A stretch of DNA of 64,000 bases from Ostreococcus lucimarinus (lineage: Eukaryota): the NCBI GenBank assembly GCA_000092065.1, contig CP000584.1; one strand, written 5' to 3'. A program made the translations under genes and the position numbers. Below, one piece after another: positions 57,332-64,000 of this stretch. Within the stretch, counting starts at the first letter, position 1, and each line of letters opens with the position of its first letter. The notes beneath the pieces are model-generated. The model made no database searches. It was not told where the DNA came from and saw only the letters and a list, made by a program, of their open reading frames with translations.

Positions 57332-57579
57332 GTGCGTCGACGACGACGGCGCGACGCGCGCGAACGACGGCGACGGCGACGACGAGAGGGAATTTTTAAT
57401 CGATCGATCGCGCGCGCGCGATGACGCGCGAACGCGTCGCGCGAGAGAGGGGACGCACGCGATCGCGATCTCGACCGCCCCGCACGATGGCGACGGGCGA
57501 TAACATTGAGGCGTAACCCTGGACGAGCGCCGAGGCGGGCGACTGACGACGAACGACGCGCGCGGTTCCGATCGAGCAG

Positions 57580-59193
57580 GCGGTGACGATAGACGAGGCG
57601 ATGGATGGGATACCGGACGCGACCGCGGCGGCGGTGGATGGGGCGGCGGCGGCGGCGGTGGATGGGGCGGCGGCGGCGGCGGCGGACGGTTTTCGCGCGG
57701 GGAAGACTACGGCGGGACGTCGTTCGGGCGGCGAGACGATCGCGGGGGAGGAGGCGGAGGATGGGACACCGGACGGTCGCGATTCCGCAGAGAAGATAAC
57801 CCGTTCGCGCAAATGGAAGAGGAAGAAGCGGCGGCGGCGAGAAACGATCCTGACTCCGAGGCGACGAAGATGTTTACCGGCGAAAACACCGGTTTGGACT
57901 TTGACCTGTACGACGACATTCCCGTGGAGACGAGCGGACGCGACGTGCCGGAGCCCATCACTTCGTTCGTCGACCTCGACCTCGGGGCGGCCGTGAACAC
58001 GAACATCAAGAGATGCAAGTTTAAGAATCCGACGCCGGTGCAAAAGTACGCCATTCCAGCTTCGCTGGCGGGAAGAGATTTAATGGCGTGCGCGCAGACG
58101 GGTTCCGGTAAAACGGCGGCGTTTTGCTTTCCCATCATCGCCGGTATCTTGAAGCGCGGTCTTCAAGGCGGTCATATGAACCGCAAGACGTATCCTCTCG
58201 CGCTCGTGCTTTCGCCGACGCGCGAATTGGCGAGCCAGATTCACGAAGAATCGCGGAAGTTCGCGTACCAAACCGGCGTCGCCTCGTGCGTCATCTACGG
58301 TGGCGCTCCGGCGGTGGAACAATTCCGCGCCATGGAACGCGGGTGCGACATTCTCGTCGCCACGCCGGGTCGTTTGATCGATCTCATCGATCGCGCTAAG
58401 ATCTCGTTGAGCAGAGTTCAATATCTCGCGCTCGACGAGGCGGATCGCATGTTGGATATGGGTTTCGAGCCGCAAATTCGACAAATCGTCGACGAGCGCG
58501 ACATGCCGCGATGTGGCGAGCGTCAAACGATGTTGTTCTCCGCAACGTTCCCGAGGGAAATCCAGCGAATGGCTTCGGACTTCTTGGACGATTACGTCTT
58601 TCTCACGGTCGGTCGCGTCGGCTCTTCGCACGCGTTGATCACGCAATCCGTCGAGCGCGTGACTTCGTACCACGAAAAGAGCAATATGCTTCTCGATTTG
58701 GTCGAAGCCGTGCCGGGTTTGACTTTGGTTTTCGTCGAAACGAAGCGAGGTGCGGACCAGCTCGAGGATTTCTTGTACCAAAACGGTAAGCCCGCGACGA
58801 GCATCCACGGCGATCGCACGCAGCAGGAGCGCGAGGCGGCGTTGAAATCCTTCCGAGCGGGTAAGACGCCCATCCTCGTCGCCACGGACGTCGCGGCGAG
58901 AGGTTTGGATATTCCTCACGTCACCCACGTCATCAACTTTGACTTGCCATCGGATATCGACGACTACACGCACCGCATCGGTCGTACCGGGCGCGCGGGG
59001 AAGAAGGGTCGGGCGACGGCGCTGTTTTTAGAATCCAAAGACGGCCAAATGGCTCGCCCGTTGACGGAGCTCATGAGCGAGGCGAACCAGGAAGTGCCGA
59101 CGTGGTTGACGCAAATCTCTGGCCATTCCTTCGGCGGTGGTGGACGTCGTCGCGGTGGTGGTGGCGGGAATAGATTCGGCGGTCGCGACTACC

Positions 59194-59240
<47 letters not shown>

Positions 59241-59255
59241 TGGGGCCGCGAGTAA
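57580..59255 (+). CDS. DDX3: DDX3/Ded1 exon 2: RGG/Gly-Trp-rich linker, full DEAD-box core (Q-motif, [23 protein letters not shown]) and a Gly-rich tail
   Basis: Acceptor GAGCAG at 57574-57579, chosen because the branch motif ACTGAC at 57542-57547 lies 32 nt upstream. An alternative AG at 57510 would put the branch point downstream of it. Further small introns are not excluded. Confidence 0.65.
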
Positions 59256-59617
59256 ATCGACCCGCCTCGCGCGTTCGCGTTCCGAGTATGAAATCCTAGA
59301 TGTGTGCATCTGTTAGATGTTAGACATTCGTGTTGTGACTATTTTCTACACTATCCCACTACGCCATCACACGTCCCCTCGCGTCTCGGCCGCCGACAAA
59401 GACGACGAAGCCTCGACTCGACGAAAACGGTCCCGCGCCCGCCCCCCTCGCAAAAGATTCCTCTTCGGCACGCGTAGGAATAAAAAACCAAAATCACCCC
59501 GAAACCCCGTATACAACGTGAAACGAGTCGATGTACCGCGCACCCCATTTGTGCGACGGCGTCCCCCGCCTCGTCGTCGCGGCGTCGTCGTCGCGGCATC
59601 GCGCGACGCGTCGGACG

Positions 59618-59680
59618 ATGAAGTTCGGTCAGCTCTTCGCCGCGACGACGGCGTCGATGGCGCCGAACGTGCGAGAGCAG
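59618..59680 (+). CDS. SPX: SPX-domain protein, exon 1 (MKFGQLFAATTASMAPNVREQ); donor GTGCGCGAC
   Basis: MKFG… is the invariant SPX N-terminus. Confidence 0.75.
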
Positions 59681-60020
59681 GTGCGCGACGCGAACGCGCG
59701 AGCGCCCGGAACGACGCGACGACGACCGCGCGAACGACGACCGCAAAACGGGGCGACGGGCGATGGCGCGGTAGAATATTCCCAGCGCGCGACCGTCGCG
59801 GAGGGGGGGGGAGGGCGCGCGTCGCGCGCGTCGCGCGCTCTAAAGAGAGACAAGAATGCGCGCGAAGGATGCGCGCGAGGACGCCGCGAATGGGGACGGT
59901 TCGCGCGCGATGGTGGGCGTCGAGCGCGCGAAGACGGCGAACGGAGGGCGGCGAGACGCGCGAACGACTCGAGGGCGTTGACTGACGGATTCACGCGATG
60001 CACGCGCGCGGGAAGCGTAG

Positions 60021-60752
60021 TTTTTGGATTATAAACTCTTGAAACAGGTGTTAAAGACACTTCCGGAGAATAAGGGCGATGTGAAGCCCGCGACGGCGGG
60101 GGAGGTTCACGCGGGGGAGCGGGCATTCGTGCAGGCGCTGTCCAACGAGTTGAAGAAGTTTAACGAGTTCTTCATGAACAGAGAGGAGGAAATCGTCATG
60201 AAGGAGGGTCATTTGCAGCAGTTATTCGATCAGAACGAAGAGCGCATCGCGAGCGCGTTGAGCGCGGGGGTGTACGACGACGCGTGTTTGGCGGGAGACA
60301 CGGGCATTTGCCAGAAATTTGCCAACTTTCACGGAGAGCTCGTGTTGTTGGAGCACTGGACCAATTTAAACTACGCGGCTTTGGTGAAAATTTTGAAGAA
60401 GCACGATAAGCGATCGAGCTTGGCGCTGCGTTCTCCTTTCCTAGTCAACGTCCTGCAGCAGCCTTTCTACAGCACGGAGGTGCTCACGGCGATGATCGGT
60501 CGCGCCGAGGAGCGATTCCGCGCCATCGAGCACAGGATTCGAGAATTCTTGGGCGAGCACGTCCCGCGCGCTGAGCTCGGGACATCGCCGCAGGTGCAAC
60601 TGAGGGTATCATCGGACGGAAGCGAGATTAGCGACGACGACGACGACGCCTATTCCATCGAGCACACCAAAGCCGCTCTGAACTGCTGGCAAGGTTTGGA
60701 CAAGAGCGAGGCTTTGCAAAACCCGCTCGGCACGCCTCACGACGTTCAGTGA
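60021..60752 (+). CDS. SPX: SPX-domain protein, exon 2 (FLDYKLLKQVLKTL…LVKILKKHDKRSSLALRSPFL…)
   Basis: Acceptor GCGTAG at 60015-60020 with ACTGAC at 59981-59986. Restores the SPX helix α1/α2 junction (…REQ|FLDYKLLK…). The 242-aa product resembles plant stand-alone SPX proteins. Confidence 0.75.
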   Translation, partial: FLDYKLLKQVLKTLPENKGDVKPATAGEVHAGERAFVQALSNELKKFNEFFMNREEEIVMKEGHLQQLFDQNEERIASALSAGVYDDACLAGDTGICQKFANFHGELVLLEHWTNLNYAALVKILKKHDKRSSLALRSPFLVNVLQQPFYSTEVLTAMIGRAEERFRAIEHRIREFLGEHVPRAELGTSPQVQLRVSSDGSEISDDDDDAYSIEHTKAALNCWQGLDKSEALQNPLGTPHDVQ

Positions 60753-61051
60753 AAACTTACGCACTAGTTTCTCGCACTCCCACCGCGCGTCGTGACATCT
60801 CGCGCGTGAATGACGCATATTACCCTAGCTCAGCCACACGTCTGGCTGACCACCATTCTTTCCTTGTTGTAAGCTTTTTTTGTTAACTTGGCCTCGAACC
60901 GTCTTGTCTCGCGCGCGCGCATCACGAGCCATTCATCCGCGCGTCGTCGGACCGATCGATCGGCGCCGAAGCGAAGGGACGCCACGCACTCACCTCCAGA
61001 GTCGAGACCGCGCGCGCGCGACATCGACGCGCGCTCGATACGACGGCGCAA

Positions 61052-63682
61052 ATGCGACTCCTCGACGGGTCGCCCTCGGCCCAATACGTCGTTTCACGCG
61101 AGCTCGTCGTTATGCTCGACGCGCCGCGCGCGGGCGTGCCTCGGCGCGTGCGCGAGCGATTCGAAAGTGCGAGCGAGACACATCCATCATCCAACGACGA
61201 ACGACGAGCGGTGTCGAACGAGCGCGACGTTGAGGTAGGCTGCGAGTCAAGATACGAACAGCCTTTTCTGACGACGCGACTCCATGAAACTGACGTGACT
61301 AACGACGTGACTGACGACGTGACTGACGACGCCTCGTCGCGTGAGCTGCAGATCGCTCGAGCATTTCTCGACGCACGGTTGAACGGTGAGCACGAATACG
61401 AAGGCTTTGAAGCGCTACTGTGCGACGAATCCGTGATCTCTCTGACGACGCGACTTCTCGCGCGCGTCGAAGAGCGCGGCGAAGCCAAATTTCCAGCGAA
61501 AATGGTTCTGAGCGCGTACATGATTTGCTACCACGCCGATGTGGTCCTCGGTGGTTCGAACGCGAAGGAGGTACCGTGCGAAGAAACGTCGCTCATTGAT
61601 TCATCCAAGGCGTTGGTTAACGCGTTCGACGCGCTCGCACTCACGATGTCGCGCTCGGGCACGTTCACAGCCACCATCACGAACGCGTTCGAGCGCGCTT
61701 GGCACACGTGGACTGCAGATTTCAAAATTTGGAAATCGAAAGACGCGTTTAGTTTGACCCAAGAGCTCATACGAATCGGTGTTGCGATGGAGTCTTCGAT
61801 GATTCGTGTGTGCGGCGCTCGCGGCGCGCTCGATTCCACAGTCGATCTCGGTGAAGAACGCAACGCGATACGCTCCGCACAATCGCACGATCGCGCGCTT
61901 CTAAGAGAGAAAGTCTTCACGCTTTCGGGTAAAAGCGCAGTCGACGAGTTCGATGCGATGATTACAAGAGTTCGAGCCGCGGGCTTAAGCGACGAAGAGT
62001 CAGCGAGGGCAAAGGATACTCGCACGGATCGGCTCGACGAACGTCGGCGTAAACGGGAAGCCACGAGCGCTCAAATCGCCGCTGCGATCGAAAAGGACAA
62101 AGAACGCGCTCGTCAGCAGATGGCTGGTGAAGAAAACGTTGTTTCGAACTTTGTCGAAATGCAAAAGGATCAGATTTTACACGAATTAATGCTGGACCCC
62201 GAGTGGAAGCTCAGAGCGCCACCAAAGTCACCCGTTGAGGACGATCCCGTACGCGAGCAGGTCGTACAAATCATGAAGAAGGCGTTCTGGGACATGGTGT
62301 ACGAATCACTTGTTCATGATACGATCGACACATCTATCGTTCGCGCTCGAATTTTCGAATGGAAAGACGCCATCATCGACGACACTTTGATTTTGGATCG
62401 CCAGACGACGGAGAGCTTGGAACTGATCCAAAATTCACTCAGCCTCATCGACGTCAACTATCTTGAAGCGAGCATCTTGCGCATGGAAAGCACACCTACA
62501 GACACATCAGAAGCTTTGCGAACCTCGCTCGATCATGGTTACACGGCTCTCAATGCGCTCGCGAATGGTTCCGTGAAGGACGATCTTAGCGCTGCGTTTG
62601 ACAATCTGACGCGAGAACTCGAGACGGCGACGAACGCGGACAAATTCACTTTATCTCGAGCGATTGCTGATGCTTTGGCGTTCTTGTTTGATTTTCGCGA
62701 GCGTATACACCAATCGATGAGCCTTGAAGCAGCCAACGAGGCGATTGATGCACTCCGCGAGACGCTCGCGGTGATGCCAGATGGCATCGAGTACGCGACA
62801 ACGCGCTTCTTGCATCGATTTGATGTGAAAGTCGGGGAGACCGAACTCGCACTTGCGTTTCCTCGCACGTGTGCTTGGCTTGAAAGCGTCGTCGAAGAGC
62901 TTCCGACGCTCGATGCGACATTTGCACCTCTTCTCGATTCTCTCAATGTCGACCGCTGGCGAGGCGTGCGTCTGAGGAGCGGTTTCGAGACTCGAGCCGA
63001 GGGCGCGCAAAAGACTTCTTCGGAAGTAATCAGTTCAACTTTACATCCGACCCGGGTCATGTCTGTGAATGGTGTTTGTCGTGTCGCCTTTGCACGATTG
63101 GTTACCAATCCCAACGCCATGATTCAAGACTTTATCCCGGAAACGCTTGAAAACGACGTGCAACGCATCGATTACTTTTGCCGTGAGTTTCAGAACATTC
63201 AAACGCTTGCCGCTTGTTTGATGCTCTCCACGCAACTCTGTCGCTTAGAGGTTTTCGTGGATGTGGACGCGCTCATCGATCGAGTCGCGGTTCTGCTCTC
63301 TTCGGAACGAGACCTACCGGCGATGTCTCGCGTCGCCGAGGTCCTCTCCGCGACGCTCCCGACGTCCGACGGCGCCCAAACCATCACCAACATGCTTCGC
63401 AAGCTCACGGGTTCCGACGATTGCGCCAATCCGATGTCTGTCGCCATCATCAAGGCCATACGATCCGCGCTCACGATTCGTCTCCTTCACGGCTTCGAAG
63501 GCGAAGCCGTTGATAGGGCGTGCGACGCCCGGCTCGCCGCAGTCTTCGCGTCGCGTCTCCGTCCTCGCGTCGACGCCATCGCTCGCGACGCCGCGCGAGT
63601 GATCAATCTACACGCCACAGTGCGCGCGCCCGTGGTTTCGGCCTTAGTGAACGACTTGCTCGCCAGAGATGATGAAATTTAA
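61052..63682 (+). CDS. T-complex protein 11 (TCP11)-like protein, 876 aa
   Basis: Large conserved alpha-helical ORF. Assigned by overall resemblance to the TCP11 family only, so the family call is tentative. Confidence 0.45.
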   Translation: MRLLDGSPSAQYVVSRELVVMLDAPRAGVPRRVRERFESASETHPSSNDERRAVSNERDVEVGCESRYEQPFLTTRLHETDVTNDVTDDVTDDASSRELQIARAFLDARLNGEHEYEGFEALLCDESVISLTTRLLARVEERGEAKFPAKMVLSAYMICYHADVVLGGSNAKEVPCEETSLIDSSKALVNAFDALALTMSRSGTFTATITNAFERAWHTWTADFKIWKSKDAFSLTQELIRIGVAMESSMIRVCGARGALDSTVDLGEERNAIRSAQSHDRALLREKVFTLSGKSAVDEFDAMITRVRAAGLSDEESARAKDTRTDRLDERRRKREATSAQIAAAIEKDKERARQQMAGEENVVSNFVEMQKDQILHELMLDPEWKLRAPPKSPVEDDPVREQVVQIMKKAFWDMVYESLVHDTIDTSIVRARIFEWKDAIIDDTLILDRQTTESLELIQNSLSLIDVNYLEASILRMESTPTDTSEALRTSLDHGYTALNALANGSVKDDLSAAFDNLTRELETATNADKFTLSRAIADALAFLFDFRERIHQSMSLEAANEAIDALRETLAVMPDGIEYATTRFLHRFDVKVGETELALAFPRTCAWLESVVEELPTLDATFAPLLDSLNVDRWRGVRLRSGFETRAEGAQKTSSEVISSTLHPTRVMSVNGVCRVAFARLVTNPNAMIQDFIPETLENDVQRIDYFCREFQNIQTLAACLMLSTQLCRLEVFVDVDALIDRVAVLLSSERDLPAMSRVAEVLSATLPTSDGAQTITNMLRKLTGSDDCANPMSVAIIKAIRSALTIRLLHGFEGEAVDRACDARLAAVFASRLRPRVDAIARDAARVINLHATVRAPVVSALVNDLLARDDEI

Positions 63683-63729
63683 CGCTCTTCTTCGCGAATC
63701 AGAGGCACCCGGCGCTTGAAGAATCTTCA

Positions 63730-64000
63730 ATGAAGATGAACCGCTTTTCCGTTGCCCACGCGTCAGAATTCTGCATTCAGCGACTCGCGCGGCGAGCACG
63801 CCGCGCTCGAAACGCCGCCAAGTTGTCGCAGGAGAACAACGATGTGTGCGCGCGCGACGAATCCACCGTCGCGCGCGACGAAGCGCGCCAAGGCCTGCTG
63901 TCGCTCGCGCGCGTCGCGAGTCGACGCGTCGATCGCTCGTTACGACGCATGCGCGCGTCAATCAGTCGTAGACGCTCCAACAAAGGAACGGATGGCGAAG
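63730..64000 (+). CDS. 5' part of a gene that runs off the window end (MKMNRFSVAHASEFCIQRLARRARRARNAAK…; possible IQ-like basic motif)
   Basis: ATG at 63730. Frame open through the window end. Confidence 0.25.
   Translation, partial: MKMNRFSVAHASEFCIQRLARRARRARNAAKLSQENNDVCARDESTVARDEARQGLLSLARVASRRVDRSLRRMRASISRRRSNKGTDGE

Noticed and set aside
57332-57510. DDX3 intron ending at ATTGAG|G (57510)
   Set aside because: It fits the phase, but the only ACTGAC branch motif (57542-57547) lies downstream of it. The CAG acceptor at 57578-57579, 32 nt after the motif, matches the local rule.
1-64000. Prokaryotic/operon interpretation suggested by the alternative-start ORF track
   Set aside because: Hallmark eukaryotic genes (ORC1, RPB5, eS17, TEL2, SNRNP27, DDX3, Dr1), spliceosomal introns with a conserved branch site, and signal/transit peptides. 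Bacterial-type genes present (L7/L12, CtpA, PrmA, COX10) carry presequences and are nuclear-encoded organellar proteins.

Overview
This 64 kb window is very GC-rich (estimated by eye at about 65-70%) and is eukaryotic nuclear DNA, not prokaryotic. It carries ORC1, RPB5, eS17, TEL2, an SPX protein, DDX3/Ded1, SNRNP27, Dr1/NC2-beta and short spliceosomal introns. Nuclear-encoded organellar genes (bacterial-type L7/L12 with a presequence, D1-processing protease CtpA, PrmA, a Shewanella-like phosphatase, COX10, NDUFA1/MWFE), a ShK-domain prolyl 4-hydroxylase, an AP2/ERF factor and SBP2 point to a compact green-algal nuclear genome, most like a picoprasinophyte (Mamiellophyceae). I cannot name the species from sequence alone. 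I support about 45 protein-coding genes, roughly one per 1.4 kb. Most are single-exon. Ten genes carry 1-2 short introns of 130-355 bp. All eleven introns share the architecture GT[A/G]CG ... ACTGAC (branch point) ... YAG. Gene strands largely alternate. Intergenic spacers are tiny: divergent start codons sit 0-100 bp apart and twice literally overlap inside a CATG palindrome, and convergent stop codons sit 40-90 bp apart in AT-rich spacers that often contain TGTAA. I found no rRNA, tRNA or CRISPR. The supplied ORF track uses alternative start codons (GTG/TTG), so I re-derived starts as the first real ATG where possible. Many long track ORFs are GC-rich no-stop artefacts antisense to real genes. 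The most interesting items are: a stand-alone tyrosine-recombinase (Crypton-like) gene next to ORC1; start-codon-overlapping head-to-head gene pairs; the rigid intron/branch-point consensus, which enabled an ATG-only first exon call for NDUFA1; tandem palindromic 41-bp repeats in the AP2 promoter region; and an SBP2 homologue, which implies a selenoproteome.
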